Below are positions 1 through 8,811 of a stretch of 24,174 nt of DNA, one piece after another. The position numbers were made by a program, and so were the translations under genes. Each line of letters opens with the position of its first letter. The stretch's first letter is position 1. The notes beneath the pieces were generated by a model. The model was not told the DNA's origin, did no database searches, and saw only the letters and a list, made by a program, of their open reading frames with translations. The stretch lies in contig JBBRUX010000054.1 of the NCBI GenBank assembly GCA_038247415.1, positions 1 through 24,174 of the forward strand, read 5' to 3'. This DNA is from Chitinivibrionales bacterium. GTDB lineage: Bacteria > Fibrobacterota > Chitinivibrionia > Chitinivibrionales > WJKA01.

Positions 1-147
1 ATGGCTACTGGTATAAAAATAAACACTGTTACCATTTGCATCGACTTGGACTTTTCGCACATAAGCGTTTGTTGCACTGCCAGCAAATGTAGCCATTACA
101 GAAGTAAATATAAAGCTAAATACCAAAATTAATTTTAGGTTTTTCAA
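1..147 (-). CDS. Partial secreted hypothetical protein (N-terminus only; runs off the left edge), probable gene-cassette ORF
   Basis: Not in the ORF track. TTG start at 147-145 with GGAG RBS just upstream. Open to position 1: MKNLKLILVFSFIFTSVMATFAGSATNAYVRKVQVDANGNSVYFYTSSH, a Sec-type signal peptide (basic N-end, hydrophobic core, small-residue cleavage site). Confidence 0.7.
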   Translation of the reverse strand, partial: MKNLKLILVFSFIFTSVMATFAGSATNAYVRKVQVDANGNSVYFYTSSH

Positions 148-159
148 TTTTTATCTCCA

Positions 160-259
160 TTCCAATGGGCCGCTGTGCGGCGGCTGCAAAAAGTTATAAG
201 TAATCTCGCGCTGCATGGCGCGTTCTCCCCGGCCGTCTGCACAATTGGCCTTATTGAAC
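160..259 (-). other. attC-like recombination site 1 (non-canonical AAT/ATT core)
   Basis: Minus strand: GTTCAAT-aaggccaa-TTGTGC-agacggc...gccgcc-GCACAG-cggccc-ATTGGAA. 100-bp imperfect palindrome 24 nt after a stop codon and directly before the next gene's RBS. 156-181 matches 1501-1526 at 23/26 nt. Confidence 0.6.
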
Positions 260-283
260 CTTATGTTTGAAAAAAAACTGGAA

Positions 284-781
284 TCAAATTGACTTTGCGA
301 AGAGTCGCTTCCCATGCTTCTTAATAATCATATTAATCTCATCTTTCGTGAAGTCCATTTGTGGTTGAATTTGTCGCAATTGGTATTCACCTTCATCAAT
401 TTTATATACCCATATTCGGAATATCTTGTCAGGTCTATGTTTGAAGATTATTAAGCCATTTATCCCCCCAAATTGTCCTGGCCATATATGTATGACTGAA
501 AAGGAATCAGCATAGTAAGCGACACATGTTGTATCCTGGATTAAATGATCCCCGAAATTGACATTAACATTTTTTAAGCTATCTCGCCATAAAGTTCCCG
601 ATAAATACTTTGTCAATTCGCTTCGAATTCCCATTACATAAGGGTTTGAATAGATATCGACATAGTTCCTGCTCTTTAGACTTATCTCAACTTGAAAACT
701 ATCATCCGTAGCAAACAAATCAGAAACACACCATAGAATGCAAAGTACAAAAATAAAGCGCATATTATTTCGGCTCATCAA
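284..781 (-). CDS. Secreted hypothetical protein, possible immunity/inhibitor partner of the upstream muramidase-like gene
   Basis: 165-aa ORF with hydrophobic N-terminal signal (MRFIFVLCILWCVSDLFA); overlaps the end of 765..1433. True start may be the later Met. Confidence 0.65.
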   Translation of the reverse strand: MMSRNNMRFIFVLCILWCVSDLFATDDSFQVEISLKSRNYVDIYSNPYVMGIRSELTKYLSGTLWRDSLKNVNVNFGDHLIQDTTCVAYYADSFSVIHIWPGQFGGINGLIIFKHRPDKIFRIWVYKIDEGEYQLRQIQPQMDFTKDEINMIIKKHGKRLFAKSI

Positions 782-1433
782 TTAGTATGTGCTTGCCACC
801 TTTCGTGGTGATCCAATGGCCATCACCGCTATCTGGCTTTATTTCAGTTGATCCCTTATCCTTGTCCTTTTCCGATGCATCTGATTTTTGTTGGAATTCG
901 TTCTCGTAGTTCTCTGTCATATCCACGTAGTTGGTTATTTCTTTTACTTTGGCATCCGAAGCACCGGCTGCTTTAAGGAATTCCTTGACATCGCTCCATT
1001 TCGCAGGGTTTTTATCCGCGGCTTGAGCTAATGCTTGAGCCTTTGCAATTCTCCCCTCACCAGCATTATTTGCTGCCAGAACGAACTTTGTGCGCTCGTC
1101 AAGATTCGTGACGGGAATGGTTTTCAGACCTGAACCGAGGTTTTTTTCTTCTGTGAAGAATCCGTTGAGTTTTTTCAAGTATTTGGCTTCTGCTACAACG
1201 GCTGCATCGATATCGAAGCGCTGATCATCCTTGGTGGTAACAGTCAGCGAATCACTATCATCAAACTCTCGAGATCCGCGCTCCAAAGCCTCCTGTTTGT
1301 GCTTGTCCTCTTTTTCTATCCATGCATCAACATTTGGCTTCTTTGGTTTCGGTTTGGGCTTCGCCTTCGCCTTGCTCTTTGACTTTGTGGTACTGTTGCT
1401 TGCTATGGTGCTTCCATTCTTGACAGAAGCCAT
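765..1433 (-). CDS. Lytic transglycosylase (SLT/MltF-like) related protein, apparently degenerate
   Basis: FVLAANNAGEGRIAKAQ..KNPAKWSDVK..EITNYV resembles the SLT C-terminal motifs LAAYNAG and ETxxYV. The GLMQ motif is absent. Lys/Pro-rich N-terminus; AGGAG RBS upstream. Confidence 0.65.
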   Translation of the reverse strand: MASVKNGSTIASNSTTKSKSKAKAKPKPKPKKPNVDAWIEKEDKHKQEALERGSREFDDSDSLTVTTKDDQRFDIDAAVVAEAKYLKKLNGFFTEEKNLGSGLKTIPVTNLDERTKFVLAANNAGEGRIAKAQALAQAADKNPAKWSDVKEFLKAAGASDAKVKEITNYVDMTENYENEFQQKSDASEKDKDKGSTEIKPDSGDGHWITTKGGKHILIDEPK

Positions 1434-1504
1434 AGAATCATCTCCTGATTTAGTGTAAGATTGTGGTGTTTAGTTTATTTGAATCAGTTCCTATCATTTT
1501 TCCA

Positions 1505-1591
1505 TTACAATGCGCCGCTGTGCAGCAAGTGTCTATAATAAATCGATTAATCCGTTCATCACACTCTGTAAGCACAATTTATTTATTGGAC
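1505..1591 (-). other. attC-like recombination site 2 (non-canonical AAT/ATT core)
   Basis: Minus strand: GTCCAAT-aaataaa-TTGTGC...GCACAG-cggcgc-ATTGTAA. 87 bp, begins 6 nt after the stop of 1598..2089. Same outer and inner boxes as site 1 with a different central region. Confidence 0.6.
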
Positions 1592-1597
1592 TGCTTA

Positions 1598-2089
1598 TTA
1601 CAATTGACCTAAACAAGGCCATGTGCGCGTTGAATCGATTACTATTAAACCTTTTTCCTGCGCTAAAAAAAGGCTATAGTTCTTTAATTCAAAACACATT
1701 TTTACATTGTCGCCTTCGATATTTAGGATTTCACAATAAGTATCGAAATAGCATAGACAATCTAAATTGCTATTCCCATTATCATGTTCTTCAAAGACAT
1801 ATCTATTACCATCCTGTATAACAATCATTTGCAATTTCGCTCCGCAATTTTGCTTATTGCGGGTATGAAAAAACGATAATACTTTGTTTGAAGCATTATA
1901 TTGCCACCGCAATTTTTCCGCACCACAATAATCCAGTGTGTCTTGTTTATAATCCAACGGCTTTGCTTTTGGCAAGGTTTTAAATCCTTCACAGGCGCTC
2001 AATATTGCGTTATTTGAAATCACTTCCTTTGTTCGATTTGGAGAGCTACAAAGCCAAAAGAGAGGTAAGAGATAAATCAATTTATTCAT
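1598..2089 (-). CDS. Exported Cys-rich hypothetical protein (possible lipoprotein)
   Basis: Short hydrophobic signal ending in LC; multiple Cys including NCG and DCLCYFD; GGGGGA RBS. Confidence 0.7.
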   Translation of the reverse strand: MNKLIYLLPLFWLCSSPNRTKEVISNNAILSACEGFKTLPKAKPLDYKQDTLDYCGAEKLRWQYNASNKVLSFFHTRNKQNCGAKLQMIVIQDGNRYVFEEHDNGNSNLDCLCYFDTYCEILNIEGDNVKMCFELKNYSLFLAQEKGLIVIDSTRTWPCLGQL

Positions 2090-2113
2090 TAGTCTTTCCC
2101 CCGGTTTCTCGGA

Positions 2114-2383
2114 TCATGTGACTTCAAAAGGCGCTTTAGCGAATGCCATTGAGAAGCTCGTGACGCTCGAATTTGTCAAAGCGAGGTTCATCTCAGCAAG
2201 TGCTTTGACAAGTACTTCAGTTGTCGGTTTGTCTTTGAAAACATTCGGATACTCCTCAACGAATTGTCGTGCACCTGTGGTATAAGCAAGTAAGACAGTA
2301 ACTTTTTCTGCTGATTGAACTTGACATGTAAAGGAGCCTGCCGATATTGCTACGTAAAGCATTTTGCATATTAGTTTACTCAT
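2114..2383 (-). pseudogene. Truncated N-terminal part of an M12/reprolysin-like (peptidyl-Asp metalloendopeptidase-like) catalytic domain
   Basis: ATG at 2383-2381 overlaps the TGA of the upstream gene (ATGA). Signal peptide, then VTVLLAYTTGA..ALAEMNLALTNSSV, resembling the IDVLVxYT..A..N..xNS start of M12-like domains. Stops before any HExxH motif. Confidence 0.5.
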
Positions 2384-3015
2384 TCTTTCCCCTCCCACCT
2401 TGGATTCGTGGAATTAGGAGTCATTTCTAGAACCATGTGTTTGTTTTCGCTCAAAGGTGAAATCTGCATCGTCATTTTAGTGCCAGGTATGGGAAAGGCG
2501 CCATGAACACCCCGCTTAGAAAGTGTGACAATAAATTTATTGATAGTATCATTGCCAATATGGCACCAAATAATTTGAGTTCCGGATGAAACAGAATCTT
2601 TCGTTATTATGTATTCAGGCGAATCCAAATCGAGAATTTTATCAACTACCACATTAAGGTTTTGTCCCTCAGATGTTTCTATCTGAAAAAGCACGGAATC
2701 TATACCGGAACTTAGGAAAAGATCCGATTTCCCTTTTCGTTTCTCTAATCTGGTTGGGTTTATCTTATTTTTTAGGCTATCAACATCAAGAATCCCAAAT
2801 CTCTGCTTATGAATTATTGCCATTTCCTTAAGACCTTTTAGGTCTGTCTTATCCTTATCGGTTTTCCCTAGCCTGCTGATTGAGTCTGGATTCAATTCTC
2901 TAAAAGTTTGATGGCCCCTTCTAGGTTCACTAGAAAGAACTATCGATGCGAATATGAAAATTATTAAAACGACTTTTCCAAGGCAACTTCCTAGCGGCCA
3001 ATGCTTAAAATGCAT
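2380..3015 (-). CDS. Secreted hypothetical protein, possibly a stand-alone metallopeptidase prodomain-like protein
   Basis: 211 aa with hydrophobic N-terminal signal; translationally coupled to the M12-like fragment. Prodomain resemblance is a weak pattern match. Confidence 0.6.
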   Translation of the reverse strand: MHFKHWPLGSCLGKVVLIIFIFASIVLSSEPRRGHQTFRELNPDSISRLGKTDKDKTDLKGLKEMAIIHKQRFGILDVDSLKNKINPTRLEKRKGKSDLFLSSGIDSVLFQIETSEGQNLNVVVDKILDLDSPEYIITKDSVSSGTQIIWCHIGNDTINKFIVTLSKRGVHGAFPIPGTKMTMQISPLSENKHMVLEMTPNSTNPRWEGKE

Positions 3016-4116
3016 ATTTGTCCCTTTTTACTAATGAATTTTTGATCTACTTTATTGCTAAATGTGTTGTCTTATATAGTTCGTATTTCCGCAAAATATT
3101 TAGTAGAAAGCCTTGTTTATCGCAACCAGCAGCAATTCGGACAAGACTTCCGCTTGCCTTTTTACTAAACCCCTTGGGCACATAGCACTCTTATTTTTTG
3201 TTAATTGTATCCATCTTTTAGCAACCATGTTATTGTAAATCTAATTCCCCCCTAACATTCCCCTAACAATCTGCCACTGCAAATTGAACTTCACGCACAC
3301 GGCTTTACAGCCTAAAATTCGATCTCCTTAAAGCAATATACTTCCGGTATTACCCAACTCCTAGAACTTTCTTTAAATATTTGCCCTTCTTTTAAGGCTC
3401 AAAGCCAAAAAAAAGCATCCCTAAAAAGCATGCTCAATAAATTGATGATTGGCATTCTAAAAGTTTGTGCTGCGCGTCACACTATGCGAAATATTTTTTA
3501 GTGGGGATGTAAACTGCAAGTTGCCAAATGGGAGTAGTTAGAGGGGATCACTGCAACCCTGTCTTAACACTTCTGCACTGAGGTCATTAATTAATCTTAT
3601 CCCAGGCAAACGCAGAATCGGTGCAAAAAAAATCCATGCTTCTTGCCTCTCATAATTAGGGGGTACTTAGAAAATCCAGAGCCGAAATTCCTGGGCTATT
3701 TTTGTTTCTATCTTGTAAATATTGCTTTTATTGCCAAATAAGATTTGGGCTAGCCTTGCTCGATCAGCTTATTGGAAATCCTGCAGCCAGCAGAATCGTA
3801 CAAGAGCATTATTGGCCAGGCTTTTCAATTAAAGCTTTAATCTCCTTATCCAACCTGCCCCATATCGGTGAACATGAGCCATGCATCCCGCAAGGATCAA
3901 ACCTGGACCCGCGACTACAATATCCTATCTTCGACAGCCGTATATTTTTTTGATATAAGCATTCAAATTGATTGCGCTGAATTATAGCGATAAAAGTATA
4001 GTTCTAGGATTGGTTTGTGCCTTAGTTTAAGCAATTAAGGCGCGGCTTTATTTTTTAATATACAGCAAGTGTATTAATTTCATAAATTTAGTAATATTTC
4101 AAATATTTTTACACTA

Positions 4117-4146
4117 TTGCAAATGAAAAACTCTTTACTCTATATT
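4117..4146 (+). promoter_or_regulatory. Candidate sigma70 promoter of the TCA cluster
   Basis: TTGCAA (4117-4122), 18 nt spacer, TATATT (4141-4146), in an AT-rich tract ~115 nt upstream of sdhA. AT-rich DNA gives chance matches. Confidence 0.3.
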
Positions 4147-4211
4147 AATTACTACAATATTTACATGAAACTTCAAGACTATGGAACCATGTATGTTTGT
4201 ATATCATAAGC

Positions 4212-4228
4212 ACCAAGACGGTCTTGGT
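4212..4228. promoter_or_regulatory. Perfect 17-bp palindrome, candidate operator
   Basis: ACCAAGAC-G-GTCTTGGT, 31 nt upstream of the sdhA ATG. Confidence 0.4.
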
Positions 4229-4259
4229 AACGAATGCATTTTAACCCCATGAGAGTGGT

Positions 4260-6020
4260 ATGAATCTTCAAAAACCTATCGAGACGCATGAATTTGATGT
4301 GGTAATTGTTGGGGCAGGCGGAGCTGGTTTGTATGCTGCGCTTGAAGCAGGTCGATCTTCAAAAAAAATTGCCGTGCTCTCCAAGATTTACCCTGTTCGA
4401 AGTCACACCGGTGCCGCACAAGGCGGAATAAGCGCTGCACTTGGTACCGTAGAAGAAGATCATCCAGAATGGCATGCATTTGATACTATAAAAGGAGGCG
4501 ACTACCTTGTTGATCAAGATGCTGCCTTTATTCTTGCAGAAGATGCTATTCGCGCAGTATACGACCTCGAAAATCGGGGGCTTCCTTTTAATAGAACCCC
4601 AGAGGGAAAAATCGACCAACGCAGATTTGGTGGACACACCAGAAATTTTGGTGAAGCTCCCGTACGTCGGGCGTGCTATGCGGCAGATCGTACCGGCCAC
4701 ATGATTTTGCAAACACTCTATCAACAGTGCATTAAAAACCATGTTTCTTTCTTTAATGAGTTTCATAGTATCGACATTCTCATTGACAACGGTCAATGTA
4801 ATGGCGTCATTGCTCTAGAATTGTCAACAGGAACCCTCCACGTGTTTCGAAGTAAAGCGGTTCTCCTTGCAACCGGCGGATTTGGTAGAATGTTTAAAAC
4901 AACCTCTAATGCTCATGCAAACACCGGAGACGGCCCTGCTGTTGCAGCTCGGCGCGGAGTTCCTTTACAAGATATGGAATTCTTTCAATTTCATCCAACT
5001 GGCATTCGCGCAATGGGTATCCTCATTACAGAAGCGGTGCGAGGCGAAGGCGGAATTCTGCGCAATAAAACAGGCGAACGATTTATGGAACGGTATGCAC
5101 CAACACTTTTAGATCTTGCTCCCCGCGATATGATTTCTCGCGCTATTGTTTTGGAACTTCGTGCAGGCAATGGGATGCTAGGCACTGGCGCAGCCGACGA
5201 TTATATCAACCTCGACGCTTCGCATTTAGGTAAAGAAGTGGTATCTAAAAAGCTTCCCGATATCGAAGATTTCTGCAAAACCTATTTAAGTATCGATCCT
5301 GCCCAAACTCCTATACCCATTCAACCAACAGCGCATTATGCTATGGGTGGAACACCAACAGACAACTGGGGGCGCGTTCTTCTTGACGAAAAAGGTACTG
5401 TTTGTCATGGGTTATATGCAGCCGGGGAATGTGCCTGCGTATCGGTACATGGGGCAAACCGGCTTGGAACTAATAGTTTGGTTGATCTCGTCGTGTTTGG
5501 AAGACGCGCAGGACAACACATTGCCGATTTTCTCCCCAATGCCAATGCACCGATTGCCAAATCAATCGACCTAGACAATGCAAAATCACAGCTTTCTGCA
5601 CTTGTAAACTCCTCGGGTTCCGAAACAACAAGCGTCGTGCGCGACGAAATGCAATCAGTCATGATGGAAAAAGTTGGCATTTACCGCAATGCCGCAGATA
5701 TGGCGGCAGCAGTTGACAAGATTGTCGAATTGCGCGAAAGATCTAAATCTATTCGCGTTGCAGACACCAATACGAAATTTAACACAGAGGTTCTGGAAGC
5801 TCTTGAACTTAAAAACCTACTCGATCTTGCTCTGGTGACCGCCACCTGCGCGCTTGACCGTACCGAAAGCCGAGGCGGACATGCCCGCGAAGATTTTCCC
5901 GATCGTGATGATGGGAAATTTCTCAAGCATACCGTTGCTACTCTTACAAACGATACGGTATCACAAAAGAGCAAGCCCGTTGTCATTACACAATTTAAGC
6001 CCAAAGCGCGCATATACTAA
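4260..6020 (+). CDS. sdhA: Succinate dehydrogenase/fumarate reductase flavoprotein subunit
   Basis: GAGGAG FAD-binding motif, [10 protein letters not shown] covalent-FAD His, [38 protein letters not shown]. Confidence 0.97.
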   Translation: MNLQKPIETHEFDVVIVGAGGAGLYAALEAGRSSKKIAVLSKIYPVRSHTGAAQGGISAALGTVEEDHPEWHAFDTIKGGDYLVDQDAAFILAEDAIRAVYDLENRGLPFNRTPEGKIDQRRFGGHTRNFGEAPVRRACYAADRTGHMILQTLYQQCIKNHVSFFNEFHSIDILIDNGQCNGVIALELSTGTLHVFRSKAVLLATGGFGRMFKTTSNAHANTGDGPAVAARRGVPLQDMEFFQFHPTGIRAMGILITEAVRGEGGILRNKTGERFMERYAPTLLDLAPRDMISRAIVLELRAGNGMLGTGAADDYINLDASHLGKEVVSKKLPDIEDFCKTYLSIDPAQTPIPIQPTAHYAMGGTPTDNWGRVLLDEKGTVCHGLYAAGECACVSVHGANRLGTNSLVDLVVFGRRAGQHIADFLPNANAPIAKSIDLDNAKSQLSALVNSSGSETTSVVRDEMQSVMMEKVGIYRNAADMAAAVDKIVELRERSKSIRVADTNTKFNTEVLEALELKNLLDLALVTATCALDRTESRGGHAREDFPDRDDGKFLKHTVATLTNDTVSQKSKPVVITQFKPKARIY

Positions 6021-6034
6021 GAGGGAACATTATC

Positions 6035-6748
6035 ATGAACATTTTACTTCGTATCAAACGCATGAATCCTGAAACAGATACGGCTCCGTATTTTCAAGAA
6101 TTTACAATCGATGTAGCGCCTTCCGATAGAATTCTTGATGTTTTACTTCTTGTCAAAAACACATTCGACTCTACCCTTGCGGTGCGTAAAAGCTGTGCCC
6201 ATGGCGTATGTGGCTCCGATGCCATGATCATTAATGGCGTAGAATGTCTGGCATGTAAAACACTGGTAAAAGATGTTGCCACCGAAGAAAATGCCACGGT
6301 ATCTGTTGAACCGCTCAAATCGCTTCCCGTACAACGCGATCTGATGGTCGATCAGAAAGCCTTTTTCGATAAATACATCTCTGTCAACCCATTTCTTATG
6401 AGAAAAGATGTCCCCAAATCGGGAGAAATCATACAAACGCCTGCGGAGCATGCGAAGTTCGACGACCCAACAAAATGCATTTTGTGTGGATCATGCTATT
6501 CGGCCTGCCCAATAGTAGAGCATAAAAATCCCGACTTCATAGGACCTGCAGCATCTATTCAAGCAGCGCGGTTTGTATTTGACAGCCGGGATACCGATAC
6601 CCAAAACCGACTTGCAGCGCTTGATACCCCCAATGGGGTTTCTGCCTGCGACAACCATTTTAATTGTACCAAAGTTTGTCCACGAGGAATCAAAATAACC
6701 AAATTGATAAACGAAACAAAGAGGGCGCTTAAGGCTTCAAAAACATAA
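6035..6748 (+). CDS. sdhB: Succinate dehydrogenase iron-sulfur subunit
   Basis: SCAHGVCGSD..C (2Fe-2S), CILCGSCYSACP and CDNHFNCTKVCP cluster motifs; follows sdhA. Confidence 0.96.
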   Translation: MNILLRIKRMNPETDTAPYFQEFTIDVAPSDRILDVLLLVKNTFDSTLAVRKSCAHGVCGSDAMIINGVECLACKTLVKDVATEENATVSVEPLKSLPVQRDLMVDQKAFFDKYISVNPFLMRKDVPKSGEIIQTPAEHAKFDDPTKCILCGSCYSACPIVEHKNPDFIGPAASIQAARFVFDSRDTDTQNRLAALDTPNGVSACDNHFNCTKVCPRGIKITKLINETKRALKASKT

Positions 6749-6799
6749 TAGTTTTTCGAGAGGATTAAAGCTGGCGACTTCACAGCGAAGGAGACACTT

Positions 6800-7939
6800 A
6801 TCAAGATCCACGAATATCAGGCGCGCGAGCTGCTTTTTGCAGGCGGCATCGCAGTACCCCGCGGAATTGTTGCAGCCACCGGGGAACAAGCTCGACAAGC
6901 AGCAGAGAAAATAGGTTTTCCGGTTGTCATAAAAGCACAGGTGCTATCAGGTGGTAGAGGAAAAGCGGGCGGCGTTAAAAAGGCTTCTACCCCACAGGAA
7001 GCGCTCGACGTCGCCACAAAAATTCTCGGCCTCACAATTCAAGGTTTTCCTGTTGAATCGGTTCTGGTTGTTGAGGCAGTAAGCATTAAGAAAGAGTTTT
7101 ACCTAAGCTTTACTATTAATCGATTCGAAAAATGCATCGAATGCATTTTGAGCGCTTCGGGCGGGATAGACATAGAAGAAGTTGGCACAACAAATCCCGA
7201 AAAAATTTTACATCTTTCCATAATCAGCAAGCCCCCTGTCGACAATAAACCTCTTGCTCAAATGCTTAAAGCTGTTTTTGTAGAATATGATATTATTAGT
7301 CAAGCCGATGATATTCTGCAAAAGCTATATCGGGTTTTTTACGAATCCGATTGTACGCTTGCAGAAATTAACCCCCTCATTCTTACAGCAGACAACAAAC
7401 TTATTGCTGCCGACGCAAAAATGGTTTTTGACGATAATGCTCTTTACAAACACCCCGATATCGAAACGTTACGAACCAAAGAAGAATATAGTGTCGATGA
7501 AATTGCAGCACTTAACGCTCATCTCAGTTTTGTAAGCCTCGATGGCACAATTGGTTGCATGGTCAATGGAGCCGGACTCGCAATGGCAACCCTCGATCTT
7601 ATTAAACTTGCCGGTGGCACACCTGCAAACTTTCTTGATGTTGGGGGAAGTTCTAATCCAGAAAAAGTATACCAGGCATTAAGCATTATCCTTGCCAATA
7701 AAAAAGTGCGATCTATACTTATTAATATTTTTGGCGGCATTACTCGCTGCGATGATATTGCCACCGGTATTTTGCAAGCTCGCTCAAAGCTAGATATTAC
7801 AGTACCAATGGTCATTCGTCTCACCGGCACCAACGAAGATCGTGGAAGAAAGCTTCTTACCGATGCCGGTCTTTCGGTGGCAACCGATATGACAGAAGCT
7901 GTTCGTCTCGCAGTTTCACAGCAAGGGAGAGCATCATGA
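6800..7939 (+). CDS. sucC: Succinyl-CoA synthetase beta subunit; start extended to ATC at 6800
   Basis: The frame of ORF 6941..7939 extends upstream to (M)[11 protein letters not shown], the canonical SucC N-terminus, with AAGGAG 6 nt before ATC. Motifs [37 protein letters not shown]. Confidence 0.93.
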   Translation: MKIHEYQARELLFAGGIAVPRGIVAATGEQARQAAEKIGFPVVIKAQVLSGGRGKAGGVKKASTPQEALDVATKILGLTIQGFPVESVLVVEAVSIKKEFYLSFTINRFEKCIECILSASGGIDIEEVGTTNPEKILHLSIISKPPVDNKPLAQMLKAVFVEYDIISQADDILQKLYRVFYESDCTLAEINPLILTADNKLIAADAKMVFDDNALYKHPDIETLRTKEEYSVDEIAALNAHLSFVSLDGTIGCMVNGAGLAMATLDLIKLAGGTPANFLDVGGSSNPEKVYQALSIILANKKVRSILINIFGGITRCDDIATGILQARSKLDITVPMVIRLTGTNEDRGRKLLTDAGLSVATDMTEAVRLAVSQQGRAS

Positions 7940-8811
7940 GTATTCTTATCGATAAGAACACACGCGTTATTGTTCAGGGCATCACAGGTCGCGATGGTTC
8001 TTTTCATACTTTGTCAATGATTAAAGATGGCACCCAGGTAGTTGGCGGCGTAACACCGGGTAAAGGGGGACAAACCGTAGAGGGCGTTCCTGTCTTTAAC
8101 ACCGTAGTCCAAGCAGTTGAAGCTACGCAAGCAAACTGTTCTGTGATTTTTGTACCTGCCCCACGTGCCACCGGAGCAATTCGCGAAGCAGCCGATGCTA
8201 AGGTTCCTCTTATTATTTGTATCACCGAAGGCGTCCCGGGTATTGAGATGATAGAAAATTACCGCTATGTCAAAGAAGCTGGGGTTCGGCTCATTGGTCC
8301 TAATTGTCCAGGCCTCATTTCCCCAGGACTCAGTAAAGTTGGTATTATGCCCGGCCCCATTCATAAACCCGGGGCCATAGGCGTTATTTCCCGTTCGGGC
8401 ACGCTTACCTACGAAATTGTACACAACCTCACTCAAGCAGGGTATGGTCAGTCAACCTGTATTGGTATTGGCGGCGATCCGATTGTTGGGACAAGCTTTA
8501 TCGACCTCCTTACGATGTTCGAAAAAGATCCTCAAACAAGTGCGGTTGTTCTCATTGGAGAAATTGGCGGACGCGACGAAGAAGATGCCGCTCACTTTAT
8601 TAAAACTTCCATGAAAAAACCTGTGGTGGCATTTATTTCTGGTCGCTGTGCACCACCGGGAAAAAAGATGGGACATGCGGGGGCTATTATTTCTGGGGGC
8701 GTGGGTGGAGCGCCATCCAAAATAGCTGCATTAGAAGGTGCAGGAGTTATCGTAATAGATCGGCCCGACCAAGTGGCACAAGGGCTCTTATCCAAAGGTG
8801 TACCGGTATGA
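7936..8811 (+). CDS. sucD: Succinyl-CoA synthetase alpha subunit
   Basis: [38 protein letters not shown] phospho-His motif; ATGA overlap with sucC. Confidence 0.97.
   Translation: MSILIDKNTRVIVQGITGRDGSFHTLSMIKDGTQVVGGVTPGKGGQTVEGVPVFNTVVQAVEATQANCSVIFVPAPRATGAIREAADAKVPLIICITEGVPGIEMIENYRYVKEAGVRLIGPNCPGLISPGLSKVGIMPGPIHKPGAIGVISRSGTLTYEIVHNLTQAGYGQSTCIGIGGDPIVGTSFIDLLTMFEKDPQTSAVVLIGEIGGRDEEDAAHFIKTSMKKPVVAFISGRCAPPGKKMGHAGAIISGGVGGAPSKIAALEGAGVIVIDRPDQVAQGLLSKGVPV

Noticed and set aside
1231..1821. Plus-strand ORFs 1231..1458 and 1510..1821
   Set aside because: Antisense shadows of better-supported minus-strand genes; one starts inside the attC-like site.
3702..3953. 83-aa plus-strand ORF as an integrase remnant
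   Set aside because: TTG start without an RBS and no tyrosine-recombinase motifs (R..HxxR..Y).
6746..6802. sdhB-sucC readthrough fusion (same reading frame)
   Set aside because: Tandem TAA-TAG stops, and a dedicated RBS before the sucC start.
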